Part shown: positions 28,836 to 37,890 of the stretch, piece after piece | Layout: each line of letters begins with the position of its first letter | Numbering within the stretch: the first letter of the stretch is position 1 | Assembly (NCBI GenBank): GCA_964592275.1 | Contig: CAZQDJ010000001.1 | Location: forward strand, 4,770-68,769 | Length of the DNA stretch: 64,000 nt | Direction: 5' to 3' | DNA from: an uncultured Pseudomonadota bacterium | GTDB lineage: Bacteria > Babelota > Babeliae > Babelales > CAIQNR01 | Position numbers and translations under genes: made by a program | Notes under the pieces: generated by a model | Databases searched by the model: none | Seen by the model: the letters and a program-made list of their open reading frames with translations, nothing else | Told to the model about the DNA's origin: nothing

Positions 28836-29540
28836 TTATTTAGTATGTGCTTTTTGCACAAGTTCTTTGTACTGTTTATGCGCTTCTGGACATGATTCAA
28901 TCATGTCTTCTATAAAGTGACTAAGATCATTCAAGAACATAAAGAACTCAGTGGCAGATGCATCGTAGAGTCGCTTTTTTTCATCAGGAAGATCAGCATT
29001 CGCCATCAAAGATGTTTCTCTCTTTTGATCTTTCAAAAAAAAGGCGATCAATGAATGTTTGATGCTTTTTGCTATGTCACTTTCTTCTTTTTTTCCGCGC
29101 AATGTTTTCATCTTATCAGTAAAATCATCTTTAATCTTGCTCAGAACTGCATTGAGTTTTGTCCAGCGGACATCACTTTTTGCAACATTCTCTTTGATAA
29201 GCTTATGTTCTTCAATAACAAGTTCTTGAAGAGTTACCAATCTATCTTCAAAAGAATAAAGCCCATTTCTTTTTTGTGTGGCTTTATCACGTTGCCCGTA
29301 TTGAATAGCTTTGATTTTTGAAAGCGCTTGGAGCGATTCATGAACAGACGTTGCATCAAAAAAACCGTATTTCCCATCTACTTTTTTAATAAGATCAAGT
29401 TCCTTAAAATTGGTTCGTTTACGTTTTTTTGCTAGATGCATAGCTGCAGCAGCTTCAACTCCTGGTACAGTGCTTGCTTCAGCTGCTATAAAACATACGT
29501 GCGAGCATAGTAATAAAAGTGATAGTATTTGTTTTTTCAT
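28836..29540 (-). CDS. hypothetical secreted alpha-helical protein
   Basis: About 234 aa from the ATG at 29540 (MKKQILSLLLLCSHVCFIAAEA signal peptide). Lys/Glu-rich. Confidence 0.5.
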   Translation of the reverse strand: MKKQILSLLLLCSHVCFIAAEASTVPGVEAAAAMHLAKKRKRTNFKELDLIKKVDGKYGFFDATSVHESLQALSKIKAIQYGQRDKATQKRNGLYSFEDRLVTLQELVIEEHKLIKENVAKSDVRWTKLNAVLSKIKDDFTDKMKTLRGKKEESDIAKSIKHSLIAFFLKDQKRETSLMANADLPDEKKRLYDASATEFFMFLNDLSHFIEDMIESCPEAHKQYKELVQKAHTK

Positions 29541-29557
29541 AGTAGTGCGTTCCTTTT

Positions 29558-31177
29558 TTAGAAGAATTTTTGGATGAGAAGACAGGCGCCCCATTCTTCT
29601 CCTACCCCAAAACTGTTAGCCGTTACTTCGCCTCGCAAACCAAATTTCCAGGAAGAACCTGGCTTGAATTTTTTTTCTAAAGAAAACCATAGCATTGATT
29701 GATAGCCGTAACCCATTTTTGCCATTGATTTTTTAATGATTTGTTGGTTTTTGATTTCTGCTGGTGCATCAATAGTTAAGAATCGTTCATCGGTATGCCA
29801 CCATAAATCAGTACCTGCCGTTATATCAAGACGTCTTCCTGTGTAGGTAAATGCAGAAGTACTTTGAATAATAAAACCAGGAAAAACCGAAACGTTGTAA
29901 CGAGTTGGAAAAAATTTGGCAATAAATTGCTGATTTAAAAAATCCAGCTTTGCAGAAAGTTGTCCCGTTGCAGGATTGGTATCATCCCAATCAAAAGCAT
30001 TAAAAGCAGTCACTGGGGTATAAGTAATAAAAAAACGCTGTTCGTTAGCAGGAAGTAACATTTCTGCAGAAAGGAGCCCTGAAAGAGAAAATTTCTCACT
30101 AAAAATCATTTTATTATGCGTAAAAACCCCAATACCAAGATGGTGATTATTTCCCAATGGTGTTTGTACAAGAATAGTTGAAAGCCGATCCATAATAGCA
30201 TTTCCAAGTTTTTGAATATTTTCTTGGACTAAAGGTATATTTTGATCAGGCGGCGTACTCATACCTGGTAAAAGTAAATCAGTATACAAATCAAAAGCTG
30301 GAGCAGGTGCGTAGACATTAAAATTGGTTCCGTACAACCCTTTTTTTACTGCAAAAGCAGTTGGAATGGTTGCTCGTACGCCAGCACTAAAAACTTGTTT
30401 ATGAGTGTCTATAAATAAATGTTCAAAGTTAAGCCGTAGATCTCCGAATCCTACTTGGTCACTGATTAAATGTTCACGCGCAAAATCGACTTCATCAAAA
30501 CCAGTGTCACTAAAGAAAAGATTTTTTTGAACTATTAACTGATCTTCTTCTGGCATATTAAGATTATGTTCCGCATATAAAAATGGAATACGCCCAGAAA
30601 GAGTCCACGTGTCTGTTGATTTTACGTACTCAAACATTGCTCCTGCGCGCCGTTCTTCTAGATAGATCGTATTAAAAAGCCCAAGAACGTTGCTCAGATT
30701 AACTCCTTCAAAATCAACATCTTCGATCTTTGTAAGAAGATCATTGAGTGCATTGTTAGCATCGTTTTGGTTCATATCGATGTAATAATTTATATTCGAT
30801 CTTGTATCGTAAAAATATTCTTTGAACGTCTGTGTGGCAAACGGTTTAAAGCTGAAATTTTGACCATGCAATCCTTGTTCTACAAATTGTTGAAATATTG
30901 GATTATCAATAATGTTTCTACGTAGAGGTGGATTACTGCGGTAATATAAAGGATTCTGAAGAACCTTTTGCGCATCAACAAGTGTAGTTAAATTAGCAAC
31001 AGCATCATCTTTTGAAATAACAGCACGCGTGGTACTAAAATCTAAGCTTTGATCTTCTGCTGCCTCTAAGAGATATGGTTCTTCTCCCAGTTGATCAAAA
31101 ACATTTTCCCATTCTTCTGCATAAATGTTTATAGATGTGAATACCAATATGAATAAAAAATAGCGACCGTACTTCAT
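29558..31177 (-). CDS. putative outer-membrane beta-barrel protein
   Basis: 539 aa. Signal peptide MKYGRYFLFILVFTSINIYA, alternating amphipathic C-terminal strands, and a terminal ...LLIQKFF (the aromatic C-terminus typical of OMPs). Confidence 0.5.
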   Translation of the reverse strand: MKYGRYFLFILVFTSINIYAEEWENVFDQLGEEPYLLEAAEDQSLDFSTTRAVISKDDAVANLTTLVDAQKVLQNPLYYRSNPPLRRNIIDNPIFQQFVEQGLHGQNFSFKPFATQTFKEYFYDTRSNINYYIDMNQNDANNALNDLLTKIEDVDFEGVNLSNVLGLFNTIYLEERRAGAMFEYVKSTDTWTLSGRIPFLYAEHNLNMPEEDQLIVQKNLFFSDTGFDEVDFAREHLISDQVGFGDLRLNFEHLFIDTHKQVFSAGVRATIPTAFAVKKGLYGTNFNVYAPAPAFDLYTDLLLPGMSTPPDQNIPLVQENIQKLGNAIMDRLSTILVQTPLGNNHHLGIGVFTHNKMIFSEKFSLSGLLSAEMLLPANEQRFFITYTPVTAFNAFDWDDTNPATGQLSAKLDFLNQQFIAKFFPTRYNVSVFPGFIIQSTSAFTYTGRRLDITAGTDLWWHTDERFLTIDAPAEIKNQQIIKKSMAKMGYGYQSMLWFSLEKKFKPGSSWKFGLRGEVTANSFGVGEEWGACLLIQKFF

Positions 31178-31355
31178 AATTTTTTTTTCCTGCGTAAACT
31201 CTTTATTACTACTATCACTAAAGAAGGATGGGTATTTTATGAGATTAAGGCATTCTGTTTTAATGCAAGTCAGTATACTTAAAACGTCTAGTTATGACAA
31301 AACAGTTCAAAATTAAGCTTATTCTACACATTATCGTTCAAGGGAGTCGATTTTT

Positions 31356-32096
31356 ATGGTGCACAACCCATCCAATTTAAAAAGTTTTATGGTTGAAGGA
31401 AATATTGGAGCGGGTAAATCGACATTCTTGCGATTAATCGAAGAACATTTGCCAGTGCAAATTGTCTATGAACCTGTAGATCAATGGCAACGTGTTGCAG
31501 CTGGAGAAAACCTTCTTGAACGTTTTTACAAAGATACGCAACGATGGGCATACACTTTTCAATCTTATGCTTTTATTACACGCGTTATGGAACAACAAAA
31601 AAAAGCCCTCGAATTAGTACACGGCTTACAAGTTATTGAACGATCTGTGTATTCAGATCGTTACTGTTTTGCAAAAAATTGTTTTGAGATGGGTACTATG
31701 AACCCCCTTGAATGGAGTTTGTATCAGGAATGGTTTGACTGGTTAATTGAAAACTATGTACAAAAACCATCTGGATTTATCTATTTACGCACAAGCCCAG
31801 AAAAAAGTTATGAACGTCTAAAAAAACGTGCTCGCTCAGAAGAGAAAGTGGTTCCTTTAGAATATTTGACACTATTACACAACAAGCATGAGCAGTGGTT
31901 GATTGAAAAAAAGAATGTAGCACAATCACTTTTTGATGTTCCTGTATTGGTTATTGAGGCAGACCAAGAATTTGAGAGTTCTCCAGCTCAAATGGAAGAA
32001 CATGTCACTCAAATTGCTAAATTTATAGGAGCACTTTCTCCAGCAAGTAAAGCTAGTCAGACTGTATCTTCAGTTTTTTCGCATATATCCTTGTAA
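31356..32096 (+). CDS. deoxynucleoside kinase
   Basis: 246 aa. P-loop EGNIGAGKST, and ERSVYSDRYCFA (the dNK ERS motif). Confidence 0.85.
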   Translation: MVHNPSNLKSFMVEGNIGAGKSTFLRLIEEHLPVQIVYEPVDQWQRVAAGENLLERFYKDTQRWAYTFQSYAFITRVMEQQKKALELVHGLQVIERSVYSDRYCFAKNCFEMGTMNPLEWSLYQEWFDWLIENYVQKPSGFIYLRTSPEKSYERLKKRARSEEKVVPLEYLTLLHNKHEQWLIEKKNVAQSLFDVPVLVIEADQEFESSPAQMEEHVTQIAKFIGALSPASKASQTVSSVFSHISL

Positions 32097-32168
32097 GGAA
32101 CTAAAAAAGTGGAGTAGAATAACGAACTACACTGTTAAAATGAAAATAGATCTGTGAAAGGGTATCCA

Positions 32169-32408
32169 ATGGAATATTACGTAAAAGCTGCTGCTTTTTT
32201 AGGCGCTGCAATCGCTATAGGGTTAGGAACACTTGGGCCATCTTTGGGGATGGGAATGATTGCTTCAAAGGCGTGTGAAAATATAGGAAAATATCCAGAA
32301 AGCGCTAATCAAATTAGAAGCGCTATGATGTTTGGACTTATTATGGTCGAAACAGCAGCCGTGTATGCGTTTGTTATTTCTTTTGTTACGATTCTTTTTA
32401 ATCGTTAA
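32169..32408 (+). CDS. atpE: F0F1 ATP synthase subunit c
   Basis: 79 aa from the ATG at 32169. Two-TM hairpin, Gly-rich helix 1 (GLGTLGPSLGMGM), and the essential carboxylate in MVETAAVYAF. Confidence 0.85.
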   Translation: MEYYVKAAAFLGAAIAIGLGTLGPSLGMGMIASKACENIGKYPESANQIRSAMMFGLIMVETAAVYAFVISFVTILFNR

Positions 32409-32440
32409 TCTTTTCGCTTTTTAGTAAGCAAGGTGATCGC

Positions 32441-32812
32441 ATGATTCAGATTAACGTTACTCTTTTTATTCAAATGCTTAACTTTATAGTTGCATGGAAA
32501 ATACTTGATACCTTTTTTTTACGTGACTGCGTAAAAGAAGTTCATAAAGAACGTCACGTCATTACACTTCTTGAGCAATGCGTTGAATCTGAAAAAAATG
32601 CAGCCCGTCAGATAGAAAATGAGCATTCTTGTGCCCTTGAAGTCATTCGCCAGAATTTTATTGCAGCACTTCCTCCTGTAGCAGAAGACCTTTCTCCTAA
32701 AAACATTTCAATCGATACGTTTTCATTTTCTCGAGAATGTGACATTGCCGAGCGCCAACAAATAACAGACGAAACGATTCAGTTCTTGGTAAAGAGAGTA
32801 ACGCATGTCTAG
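32441..32812 (+). CDS. F0 subunit b'-like protein
   Basis: 123 aa. A single N-terminal TM helix followed by a charged helix. Lies between atpE and atpF. Confidence 0.5.
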   Translation: MIQINVTLFIQMLNFIVAWKILDTFFLRDCVKEVHKERHVITLLEQCVESEKNAARQIENEHSCALEVIRQNFIAALPPVAEDLSPKNISIDTFSFSRECDIAERQQITDETIQFLVKRVTHV

Positions 32813-33305
32813 TTTTTCTTGGCCTATTCTTTTTAATAAACTGCTCAATCTAGGAGTGCTTGTCACTACCTGTATTTACTTAGCAAAAAAATATCTTTCC
32901 CCTTACATAAAAAAAAGTCTTAAACATCGCGAAGAACAAATTTTTTTATTAGAACAGGAAGTACTAGGGCTTCGAGTAAAGAAAACTGATAGTATCCGAG
33001 AAATGGATGAACAAAAAGCATATGCCGCACAACTGCTTTGGAAAGTGCAGCTTTGGAAAAACGTGATGGAAGAACGATGTATTCTCCAAGATCAAGAACG
33101 AACAATCATTGAAAAAAAATCTCTTGAATATTTAAAAAAACGAGCCGACGGCTTGTGTCATGAATATTTGAAGCGTGAAGTAATACCTCAGATTTTTGCT
33201 CAAACAAAAGAACAAGTTCTTACTTTTTTTGTAGATGAAAAAATCCAAAAAAAATACATAGCAACTTCTTTGATAAGCATGACAAAAGGAAATTTGCATG
33301 GATAG
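32805..33305 (+). CDS. atpF: F0F1 ATP synthase subunit b
   Basis: 166 aa. N-terminal TM helix plus a long charged coiled helix. Operon position supports the call. Confidence 0.6.
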   Translation: MSSFSWPILFNKLLNLGVLVTTCIYLAKKYLSPYIKKSLKHREEQIFLLEQEVLGLRVKKTDSIREMDEQKAYAAQLLWKVQLWKNVMEERCILQDQERTIIEKKSLEYLKKRADGLCHEYLKREVIPQIFAQTKEQVLTFFVDEKIQKKYIATSLISMTKGNLHG

Positions 33306-33840
33306 ATCAGGACTTTTTCTTGCTCGACGTTATGCACAAGCTTATTTAAAAACATTTTATCATCTTCTTACCCCTGATCATATTGCTGCGTTTGAAGCAA
33401 TACATGTTTTTTTTACCGAACATCAACCTGCTTGTTTTTTAATGGATTTAACTTTGTTATCATCAGAGATAAAGAAAAATGCGCTTACTAATTTAATTGA
33501 GCGCTTCAAGCTTCCCGTTTCTTGTTATGCATTAATGTGTTTGATTATTGCTCATCATCGCGCTGCACTCCTTGCTCCTGTGTTTCATCAATTGGCAGAT
33601 CTGTATCAAGAGCAAGCAAAGATTATGACATTTTGCGTACAAAGTTCAGTTGCACTCTCTGATGAAGAAAAAACTGGCATAGAAAAATTTTTAAAGAAGC
33701 AGGTACCTATGCAGATACAATGCTCTTATGAACTAAATCCAGAACTGATAGCTGGTGTGCGTATTTTTAATGAACGGTATTTGTGGGAATATTCTGCTCA
33801 GGCTCAACTACGAGCACTGTATACGAGCGTACGACGCTGA
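33298..33840 (+). CDS. atpH: F0F1 ATP synthase subunit delta (OSCP)
   Basis: 180 aa. ARRYAQAY start and the C-terminal ELNPELIAGVRIFNERYLWEYSAQAQL pattern. Confidence 0.75.
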   Translation: MDRSGLFLARRYAQAYLKTFYHLLTPDHIAAFEAIHVFFTEHQPACFLMDLTLLSSEIKKNALTNLIERFKLPVSCYALMCLIIAHHRAALLAPVFHQLADLYQEQAKIMTFCVQSSVALSDEEKTGIEKFLKKQVPMQIQCSYELNPELIAGVRIFNERYLWEYSAQAQLRALYTSVRR

Positions 33841-33846
33841 GGTTTT

Positions 33847-35358
33847 ATGAAGATAAAAAGTACCGATCTTGTTTCTCTTTTTGAAAAAGCTTTACATGAT
33901 GGGCCGCAAGAAAATTTAGAAGAAATTGGAATTGTTGTTCAAGTAGGTGATGGGATTTGCCGTGTTCATGGACTTGAGCGAGCAGTTTATAATGAAATTG
34001 TCGAATTTGACGAAGGAAACAAGGGAATCATTCTTGATCTTGATGAAAGTTACGTCTCTGTTTTTCTTTTATATGCAAATATACCTGTTGTTGAATTAGA
34101 AGTAGTCAGACGCACTGGGCATGTCTTTAAAACTCCTGTAGGAATGAACCTTCTTGGTCGCGTTATCAATGCGATTGGAACTCCCATCGATGGCCTTGGA
34201 GAATTAGATACAGAGGAAGTAGCACCGATAGAAGCGTTTGCTCCAGGGGTTATTGAACGCAATCCAATTAACGAACCACTACAAACAGGAATTCTTGTTA
34301 TTGATGCGTTAGTGCCTGTTGGCAAGGGTCAGCGAGAGCTAATTATTGGAAATAGAAATACCGGTAAAACCGCCGTTGCGCTTGATGCAATTTTAAACCA
34401 AAAAGGTAAAAATGTTTTCTGTATCTATGTTTCGATTGGTCAACGCCAAGCAAATTTAGCACGTGTTATTCAGCTCTTAAGTGAAAATGGAGCACTTGAA
34501 TACACTGTTGTAGTAAGCGCCGATTCAAGTGATGCAGTGCTGTGCCAATATCTTGCACCGTACGTTGGTTGTACCATTGGTGAATATTTTAGAGATAGAG
34601 GACACGATGCTCTTATTGTCTATGATTCTTTAAGTAATCATGCCATTGCTTACCGAGAAATGTCTCTCTTATTGCGTAGACCACCAGGACGTGAAGCATA
34701 TCCAGGTGATGTATTTTATCTCCACTCTCGTCTTTTAGAGCGTGCAGGAAAACTTGCAAAAGGTGGTTCACTAACAGCACTTCCTATTATTGAAGTACAA
34801 TCAGATGATATCACTGCGTACATTCCAACCAATCTTATTTCCATCACTGACGGACAAGTATTCCTTGATGACCAACTGTTTAAAAGTGGGATTCGTCCTG
34901 CAGTAAATATTGGTCTTTCGGTATCTCGTGTTGGTGGTGCTGCACAAACGCGTGCAGTAAAAAAGATGGCAAAGACCTTAGGCCTTGAGCTTGCACAATA
35001 TCGTGAATTGTTAGATTTTTCTCAATTTGGCACTGACCTTGATAAAGAAGCACAACAACGCCTTGCCCGTGGTCAATGCGCTATGGAAGTGCTTAAACAG
35101 GGCCATTACACAACCTATAACTTTGTGCAGGAAGCATTAATGCTTTTTATTTTACAAGAAGGTTTTTTGCATGATGTTGCGCTTCCTACTATTCAAGCAT
35201 TTGTGTCACAGTTCGTAAGCTACGTTGAATCAGTCTATCCGCAAGTTTATAACACCATTTTAGAATCAACCGATGTGTCCGATCAAATTAAAACTGAACT
35301 TATTGCAGTAGCAAAAGAGTTTAAAGTTCTTTTTGTGGCACCTGAATTAATGGGATAA
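33847..35358 (+). CDS. atpA: F0F1 ATP synthase subunit alpha
   Basis: 503 aa. Walker A GNRNTGKT. REAYPGDVFYLHSRLLERA and ITDGQVFL motifs. Confidence 0.93.
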   Translation: MKIKSTDLVSLFEKALHDGPQENLEEIGIVVQVGDGICRVHGLERAVYNEIVEFDEGNKGIILDLDESYVSVFLLYANIPVVELEVVRRTGHVFKTPVGMNLLGRVINAIGTPIDGLGELDTEEVAPIEAFAPGVIERNPINEPLQTGILVIDALVPVGKGQRELIIGNRNTGKTAVALDAILNQKGKNVFCIYVSIGQRQANLARVIQLLSENGALEYTVVVSADSSDAVLCQYLAPYVGCTIGEYFRDRGHDALIVYDSLSNHAIAYREMSLLLRRPPGREAYPGDVFYLHSRLLERAGKLAKGGSLTALPIIEVQSDDITAYIPTNLISITDGQVFLDDQLFKSGIRPAVNIGLSVSRVGGAAQTRAVKKMAKTLGLELAQYRELLDFSQFGTDLDKEAQQRLARGQCAMEVLKQGHYTTYNFVQEALMLFILQEGFLHDVALPTIQAFVSQFVSYVESVYPQVYNTILESTDVSDQIKTELIAVAKEFKVLFVAPELMG

Positions 35359-35372
35359 AAAAAGTAGCCGCA

Positions 35373-35933
35373 ATGAAAAAAATAAAAGTAATTCTCATGC
35401 ATGGTAATGGCTCAAGTTCTCCACAGGATAATTGGTGGCCATATGTTAAAAGCAAATTAGAAAAAAAAGGCTTTACAGTTCTTGCCCCTCAATTTCCCGA
35501 TGCTCCACTTTGCAGAGAAAAATACTGGCTCCCTTTTTTAAAAGAGCTAGGTGCCGATGAGAGTACAATACTTATCGGCCATTCAACAGGTGCTATTGCT
35601 GCTATGCGGTTTGCTGAAAGCAATCGCATTTTAGGATCGGTGCTTATTGGTTCTTATGTAAGTGACTTGGGTATGGAAACTGAAAAGCTCAGTGGGTATT
35701 TTGATCGTCCATGGAAATGGAATGCCATTAAAAACAATCAAACCTTTATCATTCAATTTGCATCCACTGATGATCCATGGATTCCTATTACCGAAGCACG
35801 AGCAGTACACGAAAATCTAAACACTGAATATTACGAGTTTACCGATGAAGGTCACTTTGGCGGAGACGATGAAAAGCTAGAGTTTCCTGAATTGGTCAAT
35901 GCGGTTAGTAATCAACTCAAAGCCGTACGTTAA
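35373..35933 (+). CDS. YdeN/RBBP9-family alpha/beta serine hydrolase
   Basis: 186 aa. ILMHGNGSS start and the GHSTG nucleophile elbow. Confidence 0.65.
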   Translation: MKKIKVILMHGNGSSSPQDNWWPYVKSKLEKKGFTVLAPQFPDAPLCREKYWLPFLKELGADESTILIGHSTGAIAAMRFAESNRILGSVLIGSYVSDLGMETEKLSGYFDRPWKWNAIKNNQTFIIQFASTDDPWIPITEARAVHENLNTEYYEFTDEGHFGGDDEKLEFPELVNAVSNQLKAVR

Positions 35934-36478
35934 TGAATTTTATACCGTTAAAAACAAAACGTTTTCCGCTATTGATTCAGTGGCTTAATACACCTCATGT
36001 TGCTCAATGGTGGTCAGATGGTAAGGTATGGGATGAAGTAGCAGTTGCTGAAAAATATACCTCTTACATTGATGGTTACAAAATTAATGAGCATAGTGAA
36101 AAAAAGCCGATCTTTCCTTTTATAATTCAGTATCAGGGTACCATGATCGGCTACATTCAGTATTACGATGTGCGCGATTTTACAAGAGAGTCATTTGATG
36201 TTGTACAGCCGTATCTTCCCGCTTCATGCGCTGCCTTAGATTTTTTTATAGGTGATGAAGCTTTTCTTGGAAAAGGTCTGGGCACAACCTTTCTTGTGCA
36301 ATTTTTGCAAGAACATATTTTTAAGAATTTTGAGGCTTGTTACGTTGATCCTGAAAAAGAAAACCATCGCGCTTTGCGTACGTATGAAAAAGCAGGATTT
36401 ACTGTTCTTAGTGATGTTAATCAGATAATTTTGGAAGAACTTTCTATTGTGCCGTTGGTTATTTTAAAAGATTTTTAG
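35933..36478 (+). CDS. GNAT-family N-acetyltransferase (aminoglycoside 6'-N-acetyltransferase-like)
   Basis: 181 aa. LIQWLNTPHVAQWW start and the G.GLGT acetyl-CoA loop (GKGLGTTF). Confidence 0.6.
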   Translation: MNFIPLKTKRFPLLIQWLNTPHVAQWWSDGKVWDEVAVAEKYTSYIDGYKINEHSEKKPIFPFIIQYQGTMIGYIQYYDVRDFTRESFDVVQPYLPASCAALDFFIGDEAFLGKGLGTTFLVQFLQEHIFKNFEACYVDPEKENHRALRTYEKAGFTVLSDVNQIILEELSIVPLVILKDF

Positions 36479-36490
36479 GAGCTACGTAGT

Positions 36491-36997
36491 ATGAAACATC
36501 ACGGTAGTATTTCTGCTGATCTTCTTACTGCTCAAGAATGTGCATACGAGCCATTAGGATTAATCTACAGCAACCTGGTCCAAGAAGCAGAAAGCAAAGA
36601 ATATGAAGCTTGCAGTTTTAATCTTTGCCAAAAACATATCAAGTTCCGTACAGCAAAAATCACCCCAACAAAAATAGGACAATTCGTTACCTTCTGGAAA
36701 CGAATCAGCGATGGGCCTATTATGCCGTACGATGTAAATGACGACTTTGATTTTTTAGTAGTGAGTGTGCGTGATACGAATCGCCTAGGTCATTTTGTTT
36801 TTCCAAAAGATGTTCTTTTGCAAAAAGGGTTGCTGTCAAAAGATGGACAGGGTGGAAAGCGGGCTATGCGCGTATATCCTTTGTGGGACATAACGGATAA
36901 CTTTCAAGCAAAAAAAACTCAAACTTGGCAGTTGCTTTATTTTGTTGGAATTCAGCCTTCTTTTGATAAAGAGAAGATGAGAAAATTTTTAGCTTAA
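36491..36997 (+). CDS. MepB-family protein
   Basis: 168 aa. The pattern YEACSF...RTAKITPTKIGQFVTFWKR...FDFLVV...GHFVFPK matches my recollection of MepB-like proteins. Not verified by search. Confidence 0.5.
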   Translation: MKHHGSISADLLTAQECAYEPLGLIYSNLVQEAESKEYEACSFNLCQKHIKFRTAKITPTKIGQFVTFWKRISDGPIMPYDVNDDFDFLVVSVRDTNRLGHFVFPKDVLLQKGLLSKDGQGGKRAMRVYPLWDITDNFQAKKTQTWQLLYFVGIQPSFDKEKMRKFLA

Positions 36998-37003
36998 TGG
37001 CGC

Positions 37004-37453
37004 TTACTCTTGTCCACTAAGAGAGTTTTCATGTTCACAACTCCCTGAACCATAGCGCTGCTTCAGTAGCACTACCATTTTTTTTAATGCTGGAAAGTAA
37101 CGATTTTTAACGCACTCATAAATATGATCGGCAACTTTTTCATCATAAGTATGAGTTGTTTGATTTCTGTCATCAAGCATATCGAGCCATAACTTTTCAT
37201 TATCAATCAAATGCTGTTGAAAAGCATATTGAAGAGCTCCTCGTGGCGAATTCGTTTCTATTCCACACTTCTCTAACAATACGATTTTTAATGTCTTCCA
37301 GGCCAGTTCAAACGTATATTCAAACCGTTGAATACATGCATCAATCACAAATCTTTTACCTACAATAGGCTCATTGACGACTTCTTCAAGAGTAGTGACC
37401 GCTTTCTCAAAAACCTCAATTCTAAAAGCTGATTTTTCGAAACTCTTATGCAT
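37004..37453 (-). CDS. HEPN-domain nucleotidyltransferase substrate-binding protein (HI0074 family)
   Basis: 149 aa. R-x4-H motif RNQTTHTY. Overlaps the upstream nucleotidyltransferase gene by 8 nt. Confidence 0.75.
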   Translation of the reverse strand: MHKSFEKSAFRIEVFEKAVTTLEEVVNEPIVGKRFVIDACIQRFEYTFELAWKTLKIVLLEKCGIETNSPRGALQYAFQQHLIDNEKLWLDMLDDRNQTTHTYDEKVADHIYECVKNRYFPALKKMVVLLKQRYGSGSCEHENSLSGQE

Positions 37454-37799
37454 GTGTTTCCTTTCTATGAAATATAATTACGCGATCGTTCAAAATATTT
37501 TTCCTAAAAGGATTATCCTCTCTTATCGTATCAAATTGCACACAATCAATTTTTAATAGGGTGTCTGCCTGATTAATTACCTCCCTAAGGTCGTACCATT
37601 CATCTCTTGTTGCACGCGGGCAGACAATAGCAATATCAATATCAGATCGCTCTTGATTGTCTCCTCGAGCACGCGAACCATAGAGCCAAATTTCATCAAC
37701 GAAGGGAAATTCACACAGTTTTTTAAAAAAATTATAGTCTTTAATCCACGCATATTTTTCAGAACAAATTTCCATATTTTGTCTTTCATACGTCATCAT
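37446..37799 (-). CDS. minimal nucleotidyltransferase (MNT, HI0073-like)
   Basis: LYGSRARGDNQERSDIDIAIV (G-S-x9-12-D-x-D). The start is uncertain: ATGs occur at 37799 and 37775, and the ORF is open to 37838. Confidence 0.7.
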   Translation of the reverse strand: MMTYERQNMEICSEKYAWIKDYNFFKKLCEFPFVDEIWLYGSRARGDNQERSDIDIAIVCPRATRDEWYDLREVINQADTLLKIDCVQFDTIREDNPFRKNILNDRVIIFHRKETHA

Positions 37800-37850
37800 C
37801 AACCCGCTAAAACATAACATACAAGGATATGGTGACACTGTGTTATGCTT

Positions 37851-37877
37851 AAAAAAAGGGAGCTCGAAAGCCCCCTT
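37851..37877 (-). terminator. rho-independent terminator downstream of rho
   Basis: Minus strand: AAGGGGGC-TTTCGA-GCTCCCTT (8 bp with one G-U pair) followed by T7. Confidence 0.55.
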
Positions 37878-37890
37878 AAGTTTTTACTAC

